A stretch of DNA of 64,000 nt from Gordius albopunctatus (lineage: Eukaryota). Shown here piece after piece: positions 1 to 12,663 of this stretch. The notes under the pieces were generated by a model. It saw nothing but the letters and a program-made list of their open reading frames with translations, did not search any database and was not told where the DNA came from. The first letter of the stretch is position 1, and the number at the start of each line of letters is the position of its first letter. The stretch lies in the NCBI GenBank assembly GCA_964276515.1, contig OZ193909.1:19158001-19222000 (forward strand), read 5' to 3'. The translations under genes and the position numbers were made by a program.

Positions 1-2398
1 TAACCTTCAGCAGTTATAAAATGCATCAACTCGTGAGCTAGAGAAGTCCCTACTCCAGCGTAATTGTTTGACCTGAAAAACATTGTAATTTACCATAAGG
101 CAATTAAGGATATATGAAACTTACAAACTGAAATTAAGTCCAAAATATGGTGGGGAGAGGAGGGCTCCAGGTATAACTATCATTAAAATAAAGTATAATT
201 AAATATACACAAAAAATGATTGTGTATCATCTAAACTCTAATTTATAATAACTATCCTATTGTATATTTCATGTATCAATTTTACCTAATAAAAGCATTT
301 TAACATGAAAAAAAAATTTTATAAGACCTATTCATATAGATCAACCATGGCGTGCTGTGATCACATAGTTCTAGATGAATATATTATAGACTTCTCTAAA
401 TCAATTTTTAATAAAACTCACATGTTATTTATTGATATCAAATTTTAATTACCGATCGTGTTGGTAACAAAATCAGCCAAGCCATCGAACTCATAATCTC
501 TCATGTCATAGTAATTGTCGAGTGAACTATAATTTAATGACATATTCAACACATTACAATTTTTGTTGGAAATGTTGATAAGTAAAATGTAAATTTACTA
601 TATGCTGACAGTGGTTTCGCCCAAACTTTTTAAAAAACGTTTTGCTGCTAGTTTATTTGCTTTGATGTAATCATTTGTAAAGTCGGTGGCGTGAAAATTT
701 ATCTGAACAGATTGCGAAAGTTCAACTGATTGTTTATTTAGTTTACTTCTCCTCCAATCATATCGAGCAAAGTTCTAGTTTTTTTCAGAGCTTCTGGCAG
801 ACCAATTACGAAATTTAACGCCTTCAACTAGTTGAGTCCCCAACAAATAAATTATATTTATGGGTTATTTGTGAGTTATGAGTTATAGTTTTATTTTAAT
901 AAGTTAAAACAATCAGTTTAATCACAAAAATGTAGGATTGAATATACTTCCATGGTTATGTTTTTAGCAAATTTAGCACCCAAACATTTTTTTAAAAATT
1001 TCCTTAACGTTTTTATCATATTCTGCCCCATTTGGTGTACCTGTAAATTTTATTTTTCATATCCTTATAACAAAAACTACTTCTCTGGCTTCTTGATGGT
1101 ATTTTTTAATATTATAATAGAAATAACTCATGGAATGTGGAAGCAGTCTATTGGTTTCTCTTACACAAATTACATCACGCCTTTCTGGAACGTATGACAA
1201 ATACTATTGGACATTAATATGATGCGATTTATCCAATTTGGCAAACATTGGGAACGTATCCATAAGAACGTTGGATATTAAGTAGTAAAAAAGAATCCTA
1301 AAAATTGCAGAATATATTAAAAAAATTATTAGATTTATTACAATTTCTTGTTGTCGTCCGATTTGTATTCGCCCATTATTTTATCCAAGTATATAATATA
1401 TTTTTTTGAATCAACTTCTATAATTTTTTCTTTGGAAAACTTTAAGCCAGCATATTGGTATAGATGTGCCATGTAAGAGCTAATGGACAACTAGAAATTT
1501 AATAATCATATTTTAATAAACTATATTTTGCCAAAATTTTACATTTGTCATTTGCTCATCTAATTGCTCTATTGTGTACCATACTGATTCCGATTTTGTA
1601 TTACTCTAAAATATATATACGTATATAAAACACAAAGTATTAATCCAGTGACATTAAGTTAAACAATATAAATTAATACCAAAACAAGTTTTCCTTCTAA
1701 TTCAATGATGGCATAGGTGTCTACTTTCTTGCCTCCGACATGTTTGATTAGTGTTTTAAGGAAAATTCCATAAAGATTTGTGTAGTTGGTGTTATTGTAA
1801 TAGGATGTAAGTAACAAATTGCATTTTGGTTTGTCAAAAAAAAGTCCAATGCTTGGCATAAATTGTGTTAGGCTGAGTTCAAATAGCCCATTACTCTTGA
1901 TGTAACGGCTTCCCATCTGACCGAGAAACTTTTCAAAAGTAAATTTATCCGATTTGAGCATTGTTAAGATGTTTGCTCTCGTTAATTCATTAGATGCCAA
2001 ACCCCACTTCTTAGGTTTAATTATTTCTTTTAAAAATGTTCTAATTCCAATTCTGCCATTTTTCTTCATACATGACTGATAAAAGGTGACGACTTTTAAT
2101 TCGTATGCATCTTTAATGTCTTCTAATTTCATACTACCTACGCCACCGAAACACAAAATTTAAGAAAAATCTCAAAATTGACATTGTATTATAACAAAAT
2201 ATTTTAAAATTTTAATTTTATTACTAATTTTATCTGACAATCCTATGCAATTTTCTATATTATTTTCTTCTATTTGACTTTTCATAGGGTCGTTCGTTGA
2301 AAGGGTTTTGTTAAGTTCAACTATTTTAGGATTACAGACGTAAGAATAAAAATCGGTGCATCTATCAACCTTTTCATCCACATCCACCAATGACGCAA
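1..2398 (-). CDS. M13 (neprilysin/ECE-like) zinc metallopeptidase, multi-exon; 5' exons not located, 3' end beyond the left edge of the window
   Basis: Exon starting at 2398 gives VDVDEKVDRCTDFYSYVC (M13 'DPCxDFYxxxC'). ORF 1659-2156 has KVVTFYQSCM. Manual splicing over GT-AG introns 177-452 and 73-124 gives ...FVTNTIVIPGALLSPPYF...SNNYAGVGTSLAHELMHF, with HExxH at 21-35. Middle exons were not fully resolved. Confidence 0.85.
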
Positions 2399-2901
2399 CT
2401 AAATATTGTAAATGAATATTTCAGTAAAAATTTTGCTAATTTTCAATGGTCCGGATCAGAGACCAGAAAAGTCCGTCCTGAACCGCTCCCAAAGCCAAGT
2501 TGGATCGGGCAATTATTAAAAAGTTAGATTTTTGGGCGACCCTAGCGCCATCATGACAGATACAGGCGATTAGGACTGAATGGTGGTTTTTAAAATTATT
2601 TATAATTTTTCTTAAGCGTATTATTTTGTCACTTTTTAGTTTGATTTTAAATTATCTATTGATCATAGTTCTATTAAAAATTTTGGAAAATATGGCAAAT
2701 TTATTGCTTAAAATATAAAAAATCATCATTTCGGGCAGGGCATCTCTTATGATTCGGGTATCGTTGTGTGGACACTAAGGTTTCGGGCTTAATGGCCCGG
2801 GTGTGCATTTAAGTTATGAAAATAGACCGGCCCGTATTGTTTCAAAAATTTCCATTAGTATTATTGGAGTGGAGATGTACTCTTTATTAAAGGTAAATAA
2901 T

Positions 2902-3518
2902 AACTCGGGTCTTCGGCCCTCGTGGGAAGCGGAGGAGGGGAAGGGAAGGGGGAACGACCCATCCATACTCCGTATAAACGTAGCATATTTGCTATGCAAT
3001 TTATGAGCGAGAAAGGTGGTAAGGAGCGATAATTACTATAGGGGGGGGGGGTATAAAATACTAAATGATTAGTTAATTATTAATTTATACAAATATTTAA
3101 AAAGTTAAATGGTATTAACAAGAACAATATATTAATTTAAAAAAAAGAAAAAAAATTTGTCCTCTCCGGGATTCGAATCCACATCAGTAGAGGCATAAGC
3201 CTTTGTAGGGGCACAGGGACACATATCAGTAGAGGCATAGGCCCTTGTAGGGGGGGCATAGGGTCATTATCAATGTTAACCTAATATACCAATTCAAGAA
3301 CGAAAAAAAGATTTTCAAATCACAATTTGGCCAATGGTCATTTTTTCATTGGTCATTAGCCAGCGGAGGGCCAAAAAGTCATATTATCAATGGTATTAAC
3401 AAGAAAAAAATATTAATTTAATTAAAAAAAATTATCCTCTCCGGGTATTGAACCTGCAAGTCAGAAAGCTTAAAGGACGGACAACAAAAAGCGAGCCCAT
3501 AAATTGCAAAGCAATTAA
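2902..3518 (-). mobile_element. Helentron-associated non-autonomous element (HINE/DINE-1-like), copy A
   Basis: Subterminal inverted repeats TTGCTATGCAATTTA / TAAATTGCA(A)AGCAA and a terminal GC hairpin; same modules as the copies at 10881, 40581 and 49801. Confidence 0.7.
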
Positions 3519-5099
3519 AATTGAGGGAAAAGAAAAGAGTTCGTAACTTTATATACTCGCGGCAATAATTGAAATACATTAAAACAATTAACATTTAGTG
3601 GTGAATACGGGAGCTATTTGTGATAGGTCAATTGGCGTCGCGAAGTAATAAGGTAATGTAAATGAGTCAATTAGCGTCGCGAAGCTAAGTTAAGTAATAT
3701 GCCACGGGCAATCAATTAAATATTATGGATGCAACAGTATACTAAAAGAGTTGAATATAAAGTTACTAATGTACGGCACAAACAAAATTTAAAATTTTCA
3801 TTTAAAAATAAAAGACTTTTACTTTATTAGGCTTGAATATGGTCCTTTTTCTTTTATGAGACGACATACCTTACTAAATCATAATTCTCTATAAATGACT
3901 AACTTTATAATAATTTGAAATACTAGACCAAATTTTATTTTCTTTAAATTATTCCCCTTATTATACGTCAGGTTTTAGAAATATTTGCTGTCAGAGTTGC
4001 TAAAAACACCGATTTTAGGATTTTGGCACTTTCAGACCTCAATGACTTGCAAATTATTCGATATTTAACGAATTTGATTTAATAGGAAAGGGGAGAGGAA
4101 TCCATAAGATTCTTGTTAATTTAATAAACATTAAATATAATTATAAATAAAAACATTATAAGAACAAACCTTCGTTTATCTTTTATAGAACACAAATAAA
4201 AATCTACAACGGGTTTATAGCGGGCCTCACTTATATCTAGGCCCGCCTCGAGCCCGCCAGGTTAGAATACGGACAATTTAGGCCCCGGCCTTCGCTTTAT
4301 TTTAAAGCAAAAGCTCATCTAAGCTCGCGGATCGGGCCGTGCAGGGCTCTAGTAGTAGTAGATAAAAAACAACACGCACTTAATTCCTAGGGTTAAAGGT
4401 AGGCGATTTGTCAATGTAAAAAGATGAGATAAGGTAATTTTGAATATATATAAAAAAAATTAATGGATCCAGAATAAAAAATATTATATTTTTCAACAAA
4501 ATTACAAGCTAACCTAAAACCATAATATTAGGAAACCAATTATGGATAGCAATACGAGTTAAAAAATTATATTAAATATGATTAAAGTAAATATATATAT
4601 ATCGTATATTAACATAATTTCTAAATTTAGATCAATCGCTAATATTAAAAAAATAATTTTTGTATTATTGTAAAAGGATACATATTAATCCAATATTCAA
4701 ATATTTTATATAATTACCTTTAAATGTATATAAGACCGTAAGAAGCAATATAACATACATATTAGTGAACGTTTAGAGAAATAAAATGCGTGTAGTCCCA
4801 ATCTTATTAGGCCTTAAAACTAAAATTATATGTAAACATGTATCTTCCTTCGTTTATTTACATTAATTGCTTTACTATGCTCTTTTACATCTTTTGTTGC
4901 ACCCAAAATAAAATATACAATTAATAACAACGATGAATCATATGCACTGCTAACGATGTATAGCTAAGCATGGCACCCGCTTTTATTTCTTCACGCTGTA
5001 AAGCATCATTGCAGCAGGTGATGTTCATATTATATATTATTAAATTTAAACGGCCTTTGTAGTTGTAGCTTATTTTCAATTATATCAACATAAACTATA

Positions 5100-7348
5100 C
5101 ATGTGCCAGTAAATACCCCACATCTCCATCATCAATAGTGCTCGAGTCTTCAGACATCCGTGAAGCCCTTAACTCCTTTCCTTTGGACTCCGCAGCCGGA
5201 CTCGACGGATGGCTCCCAGTATATCTACAAGATTTACTCAACCTGAATAATTTAAATACTGAACCTCTTTTAAATTCTATTACTTCCTTTTGTAATATCA
5301 TTGTTAACGGAAAATTTCCTCATGAAATCATCCCTATTTTATTCGGTGCAAAACTTATCGCCATCAAAAAACCGGATAATTCAGTTAGACCCATCGCCAT
5401 TGGAAGTCTTTTGCGCCGTATTATATTAAAAACCCTCTGCAAACTCATAAAACCCTCCTTATCCGCCAAGCTCCGCCCTCATCAACTCGGCTTCGGAATT
5501 AAAGGCGGATGTGAGGCAGCCAGCCATGCTGGCCGGATCACACTCCAAAATATTCCCACCGAGTCCTGCTTTGTTAAATTAGATTTTGCCAATGCTTTTA
5601 ACTGCATTCGAAGAGAAACCCTTATTAACACTTTCTTAGCTGAATTCCCACAACTCCTAAATTATATTTTATTAAGCTATGGTTCTACAACCAAGCTTCG
5701 ATTCGGCGAATACGTCATTGACTCGTCCGAAGGCATCCAACAAGGAGACCCATTAGGCCCTCCTTTGTTTTGTTTAGCCATTCATAATTTAGTCGAGGCT
5801 ATATCATCTCAGTGTATCCTGGATTTAAATGTTTGGTATCTCGACGACGCCACCCTATGTGGCCGCCCGGAGGAGATCAGTAAAGCTATACAAATTATCA
5901 ACAATTTTAAACCCACTCTGAATCTTACATTAAACTCGAAAAAATGTGAAATCTTTCAGGCCCCCAACACTATTGACTTTCCAATTTTTAAACCTTTTTT
6001 AGTTTTAGAGAAGGAAAACATATCCCTTTTGGGATCACCCATTGGCGGTGAAAAATCTCTCTTAAATTTTCTTCATAAGAACCTTGAAATTTTAAAATCT
6101 AAAACGGAACTTTTAAAATGCTTGCCAGCGCATCACTCATTTTACATAATAAAAAACTATTTTAACATCTCAAAGATTAATCATTGTTTTCGCTCATTTG
6201 GCGTATTTTTACACCCAGACGTTTTAAAGTCGTACGAAGGCTTTTTAAAAACGTTATTAGAAAAAATTTTAAATTTTAAATTTAATACTAACAATTGGAT
6301 TCAAGCATCCCTCCCAACCAAATCTGGAGGATTAGGAATTCGCTCTCCCGGCAGCATATCGCTAGCCGCTTTTATTTCCTCTTTTAAGTCGGTCCAAAAC
6401 TTAATTTTTAATCTCATAAAACATGATTCCGACCCCCTGCTAACTCAAGCCTTGGAGCTTTGGAATTTGAATGTCACACCTGAGACCATCCAACCTCAAA
6501 GTACGAGACAAAAGGATTGGGATTCTGGACTAGTATCGCGCTCCGTTGATTACCTCTTATCGAGCAGCGATGATAGCCAGCATTACAACCTTAGATCCCT
6601 CGCTTTTGACGGTTCCGGTCACGAGTGGCTTGAAGCCTATCCCAGCAAACTTTTGGGAATGCTGCTTGAAGACTTTGAGCTATCATATTCCATAGCTTAA
6701 GGTTGGGGATTAGTTACAGCAGAAAACTTAACTGTCAAAACTGCCTTACCGTTGTAGACGAATATGCTAGGCACCCTCTACACTGCCTAGCAAACAAATA
6801 TAAATACGTTAGGCATACTAAAGCTAATTTATTAATTCAAGTTGCCCTTAAAAAGGCCAAAATCCCCTCAATCCTTGAGCCGTCCGATCCCTCCCTTGAA
6901 GGTAGGATGCGCCCTGACAGCTCTTCTCTAGTCCCCTGGCAAAATGGCCTATCACTCAAATGGGATTTTACTTGTATTGACCTTTTTGCACCTTCCCATT
7001 TTAATTACGACCCTATCGCTACAGAAGAAGGGCCTAAAACTACAAAGTATTCTGCCCTTTTGGCATCCAATATTTTTCCATCCCTGTCGTTGCCTCGTGC
7101 TCCGGTTCCTTTGGCAAACAGGCAATGGGGTTTTTTAAAGAAATCGGAAAACGCACCCCGAAATCTAAAATTTCTGCGTCCTTTTTACTCAGGCAACAAC
7201 TAGGGATTCTTGTTGTACGATACAACTTTAAATCCTTTGCCGACTCATGGCCCATTTTAGAAGAGAATGATATAGATCTTTGTATTTAACCAATATGTCT
7301 TTATTTTTGTATTTCGCTTATTAATGTAACTTTGTTTCTTGAAAATAA
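5100..7348 (+). mobile_element. CRE-clade non-LTR retrotransposon (RT + CCHC knuckle + restriction-like endonuclease), 5'-truncated and defective
   Basis: ORF 5138-6700 has SAAGLDG, KPDNSVRPIAIG, QLGFG, KLDFANAFN, GIQQGDPLGP and WYLDD. After an in-frame TAA, ORF 6703-7203 has CQNC..HPLHC, RH, RPD, WDFTC and K..KY, then a frameshift. AATAAA and an oligo-A tail lie at ~7324-7348. Confidence 0.88.
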
Positions 7349-8299
7349 ACTTTTTAACAAAAAAAAAATTAGTTTCATGTAACTAGTTTATTTTCTTTAG
7401 AAAAATAACTGTAATCAGTTACATTAATTCAGTAACTATAATAGCTAAAATTACAGTTACTTTATATAAAATCTAAAAATCATTAATTTACTTCAGTAAT
7501 ATAGTTACAAGTCTGGTTTGTGTTCATCGCTTTAATTTTAAATTTCCTTCCCGGATTAAATTGAATAGATAATCCATCCTATCTAAAAATTAAAAGTAAT
7601 ATAATTTTGATTTCTTTAACTTTTAAAGTAGGAAGGGATCCAAGAGTTCATTTACACCTTTATTAATTATAATAATGAGGATGGATCTTTAAAAATATAT
7701 AATAATTTTCCTGAATTGAAAAAACCCTTTATTAATAGCGGCCCGGTCGAGTGCCTATTAAGTCTTGGTAAACTATTTTTAGTGAAAAGCGGACAAGCTT
7801 ATCAGGCGACAGCATAGAGTATAACGTTTTATTGAAATCGAATCACCATTACCCTGTGATTTCAAATCTAATATGTGAATTATTGTATAAAAGTCTTTTT
7901 TTAATTTACCTGATTAACCTTTAATGTAACTAGTTCCATCAGTCAGATAACTGGAACTGTATTCAGTTACTTTTGAAAAAATGTAACTATAATTAGTTAC
8001 TTTTAAAGTAACTGTAACTTAACTAGTTACTGTGGAAAAGTAACTTTAACAACTCTAATATTATCTTTTCAGGTGTTTATAAGTGTCTTAAAATCTTTTT
8101 TAAGGTATTTATAATATTTTGACCCATGTCTTTTCCCCCACATTTGGCTAGCTGAAAAACATTCACTTAAAATTTTTTGTTAATGATATTATTTTAATCT
8201 CTGTTTCTAAATTAAAAATGAAATTTTATTATAAAGAGCGATTATATTTTTCCTCTATAATATAACACTTCAATTGTCTTACCTCCAAAGTTGCACATA

Positions 8300-10400
8300 A
8301 ATAATGCATGCGCGCTCCCCTTAATTTTAACTTGCGCATACCAAGCTATTAAGGCTTTTATGGTTGATATTGATCTTGATTTTGGGGCATCGCGATCTCT
8401 GTGATGATGCTCTTAGTAATTGTATGGTATCAACTTCGGTTCGCAAAAAAGTGTTTGCAAATATTTTTGCATTATCTTTAATAAACTGTATAAAGTAAAT
8501 TTTTAAATACAATATATAGTTGTCGTATTTTGCGTGGCGACTATTTATCGGATCTAAAAACGAGAGCGTGTGTTAATGGTTTGTGATAAGAAAAAATTGT
8601 AAAATCGCGACTTTTTAATGTGTCGGTAATATTTGATTGAAAGGTGCCAGCAGTTCTCTCCCGAATATGATGTTTCGAGTTTGCATTTTGCCTAATTTCA
8701 GAAAGAAAAATAATGATTTCCCCTTTTATTTGATGTAAAAGAGCTCCGATGACAGTGTTGGACGCCCGTTGAAGCAGAGTGGATGGTACCATCCACTAAA
8801 TGATTAAGGGGCATGATTTCATTGCTAATTATCTTAATCTAGTGGCAGGAGGAGTGCACAGTTGGATATGAAACGAGTGTAATTTACCATTCCCACAAAA
8901 CGACGTGGGTGCATAGTGATTGAAGAGGCAAAATTTTTGATTGCTGGGATCTTGTCCGGTATTGGAGTTAATCCTGGTGAGGAAGAGTCCTAGGATATCT
9001 ATCAAAGAAAGTCCCCACCAACATTCATTTAGATTGATATTTAGGTCAAACTCCTATAATCGTCGTTTGACGTACGTGCACTAGATTTTTGGTGGTTGAT
9101 GAAACTGTTATTAAAATATCATTAAATAGGCAATGATTAAGTTAAGACCACGGAGAGTTCTGTCAGTGGAGCGTTGAAATGTTTGAACAGAATTGCGTAA
9201 GCCAAAATGCATGCATGCATAAAAATTCTTAGAGGGAAAGATGTGGTTATTGCTGTTTTTGAGATGTCTTCTAAGGCTAGAGAGATTTGATGGTAAGCTA
9301 TGACCAGATCCAGGCCGAGAATGTGAGCTTACTCTTTATTTTGCAATTTTTAGGTTGGCAAGATCAAACATATAGGTTTGGCGGGTTCTGGTGGTATGAT
9401 GGCTTACCCTAAACTTGTATTTTGAGGGGGGCGGCAAAGTATCTGCACATTCATTCAACACATCTTTAAAATATGGTAAATCGACTTTATTGCGAGCTTA
9501 AAATTGTACGAATACGAAGCAATATATCGCCCATAAGATTTTAAGATAGTCGTAGGGTCTAAAAGACATTTACGACGGTACGAATTTAAATTTTAAAAAA
9601 TCTGCCCGATATTAGGTTTCTTTCACGATTGTGAAAATTAGATTTATTGTAAACAAAATAAAAGATTGTTGTTTTGGCCTGGAACATGTGTTGCAGATTA
9701 TGGTAGGCCTATGGGTTTGACGCAGCAGACGGGGCATAGCTACAACGCTGTTGGCATTTAGTGACTTTCCTTATATCATTGGCAATACCGGCATCAATCT
9801 TGTAGAACGTCTGCGCGGGTCATAAGGTGAATGAAATCAACACGATAGGTCGACTCCTTAAAGTGAACTCGTGTCACCGCGTGTCTATGCTTTAATTGAG
9901 TTTGTTGACCATGTAACATAGCATGTCGATATCATTGTTTGGTATAGGTCTGGCAGGAGCGACATTGTATATTTAGGTGGTAGTATAGGTTTAAGCGATT
10001 TTATCAGCTGTTTAAGCGAGTTTGGTTATCACATGCACCAATATTTAAAATTCTGGCAAGGTTAATGTCAAGTATTTCCAACCACTCTTGTTTCAAAATG
10101 GTGTTATTCATTATGGCCGTACCAAGGAGAGCTTTCACATGCCTAAAAGTTTAAGATGATGTACAGTCGCTCAATTCTACGTTGGAAAAGCAGGTCATAT
10201 TAGTCGTACGTTTGATGATGGCTGTCCGGATTGTGGTGTAAGGATTTGAACAGATATATTTTCAGAAAATCTTTGATTTCAGTTGTGACTTCCCGGGGAC
10301 TTAAACGATTAAAGGGGGTAATTTCAGAAACATTGCATTTTCCGATTTTATTTAAATATCATCCACCGAGTTAGTATCCATTTCAAGATGACAAATGTAA
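8300..10400 (-). mobile_element. Highly degenerate Ty3/Gypsy gag-pol relic (boundaries approximate)
   Basis: Frameshifted minus-strand fragments: LDLVIAYHQI..EDISKTAITT and FGLRNSVQTFQR (RT); GLTPIPDKIPAIKNF and RRFVGMVNYTRFISNCA; ASNTVIGALLHQ and FTIFSYHKPL (RNase H); gag-like PYTTIRTAIIKR. No LTRs recognised. Confidence 0.8.
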
Positions 10401-10880
10401 CTTTGAGTGGATGTTTATTATTTTCGCTGCGTATGTTTCCTAGGGTTTCAATTGAGCTGTATAAGTTCATAACCAATGGCGATCTGGCAAAAATAAAGTT
10501 ATTTTGCTCATATTTACTTTTTAAGCTAAATGAGGCTTTATTACACACTGTGCATTACGATTGGCTTAAATACCCCTACAAAGGCACCTCTATATGATTT
10601 ATTTATAAAATTATATCATATTCGTATCATTATGCATTCCTATTAATTGCTATGTAATTTATGGGCTAGATTTTAGTTGTGCGTCCGTCCATCCTGTCAA
10701 ACTTGTAATTTTTCAATAACTGCTGTGGAATATACGGATTTTAATGGCTTTTGACTTTATATATATATTATATCCTGTGTATTTTATATATAAAGGGGCA
10801 CTATATGGATGGTGCCACGAAACACTTTCGGTTCTGAGGGCAATGAGGTGCCACGTGGCTTCCGTTTCAGTAAATCATGA

Positions 10881-11302
10881 ATTAATTGCTATGTAATTTA
10901 TGGGCTCGCTTTTGGTTGTCCGTCCTCCGACTTATTTACACCGTCTTTCAACTTTCTGACTTGCCGGTTCAATCCCCGGAGAGGACAATTTTTTTTTAAT
11001 TAAATTAATATTTTGTTCTTGTTAATATATGACTTTTTTGACCGTCCGCTGGCTAATGAACAATGAAAAAAAGGACCATTGGCCAAATTGTGATTCGAAA
11101 TTTTAAATTTTTTTCGCTTTTGAATTGGTATATTAGGTTAACATTGATAATTACCCTATGCCCGTCAGTCCAACTATTTTGCATTTAATATCCCCCTCTC
11201 TTATAGGCATTCTCGCCCATAAATTGCATAGCAAATATGCTAATTTTATACGGAGTATAGATGAGTCGTTCCCCCTTCTCATGAGGGCCGAAGGCCCGAG
11301 TT
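10881..11302 (+). mobile_element. HINE/DINE-like element, copy B (an extra 5' fragment lies at ~10641-10700)
   Basis: 5' TTGCTATGTAATTTATGGGCTCG, GTCC-type repeat, 3' TAAATTGCATAGCAA and terminal hairpin GGGCC-GAA-GGCCC followed by GAGTT. Confidence 0.72.
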
Positions 11303-12357
11303 AAGTTAAATATAAATCTATATTTTGTTTATTAACATTGATTTTTCACTTTCATACTTTTCTTACCCAACACATACATTTGAAAGTTAATTAGTAACGA
11401 AAATTCATAAAATCGCCAGTTATACTGTACTGTATTTAAGAAATTTGCTATCTTATAAAAACAAAGATGTTACAGGACAAAACCTCATAAAGTTAAATGA
11501 TTTTTAGACGCATTTTCACTCTAATCAGAATTAAAGGGTCTGCCTTCTGCATTAAAATACAATTAAATCTAACTGAAGTTTAGAATGTTTAAAGCATAAA
11601 AAGTAATACACTTGCTCCACTCCATCTGATCATATTTTAACAAAACAAATCCTAATTAGTTATTTAATAGTCAATAATAGATAATTTTTTATTAATTATG
11701 ACTTAAATTAGATAGATGATCTATAATAAAAATTGCTAGACTAATGAATTTTCAAAAAATTTAGAATATTAATTTGGTTTTAAATTAAATAATCGATAGT
11801 CGCCACAAATAGAATTATAATTTTAGCAAATTACTTTTTTCTATCTGGCTTAACTATCCACTGCTCATGAGTTTTTATAAACAATGTCATGCATCTACTT
11901 TATTAAAATTTGCCAAGATTGAACTGCTTCTACATTTAACTGTCAATCCTAGAAAACCCTTGAAAAGATTATTAAAGCCTTAAAAATTTATTGATCTTAT
12001 TGTCTTTTGAAATAAGTGTCAAGCTTCAAGTACACTTTCTATTTTAATAATAACATTCATGAATGTTTTAATCATTTTAAGATGGCTTTCATCTTGGTTC
12101 AAACCAATGAAATAGACTGTCTTAGTTTATTTACCAACCAAATCCCTGTATATTTCTTTTGAATCCTTTAAAAGCTCGAATAACAGAATATAATTAGAGT
12201 TTAAAAAATTCTCCATAAAAACATTTCTATTAAGTTGGTCAAAAGCGAAGTCTAGTTTCACTAGACAGTGGGAGGGGGGGGGGGCAGGTAAATTTTGCAG
12301 GGTGATCAGGCCTGCAGCCTCACATTCTCCCTTAACACCAAAGCCTAATTGATGAGG

Positions 12358-12663
12358 TGTTAGTATTTATTTTTCTTCTGACACCAGTATTTAATCCTTG
12401 AGGGCTTTATTGGTTTATTCAGTGTATGTCGCGAATTATAATATATATCCAGTTTTTACCATATTCCAAACAAAAACGTTTTCGCCAACAATATTCAAAT
12501 TTTGATACATCACGCGGTATGTCAGGTTATACAAATAGAAAAGATAAGGTGATATGCACCACATGCGATTATACAACCAGATACCTTGTCTATTCGTTAC
12601 ATTATAAACAAAATGGTAGTTGTCCTAATAATACACGCATGAAAAAGGTTACTGATCCTAACA
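12358..12663 (-). repeat. 3' LTR of the Gypsy element
   Basis: TG...CA termini, adjacent PPT at 12664-12675, and clear homology to the solo LTR at 41611-41950. Confidence 0.85.

Noticed and set aside
10795..10875. Hairpin-rich segment containing GAAA and CTGA, a hammerhead candidate
   Set aside because: No CUGANGA core and no consistent three-stem junction.
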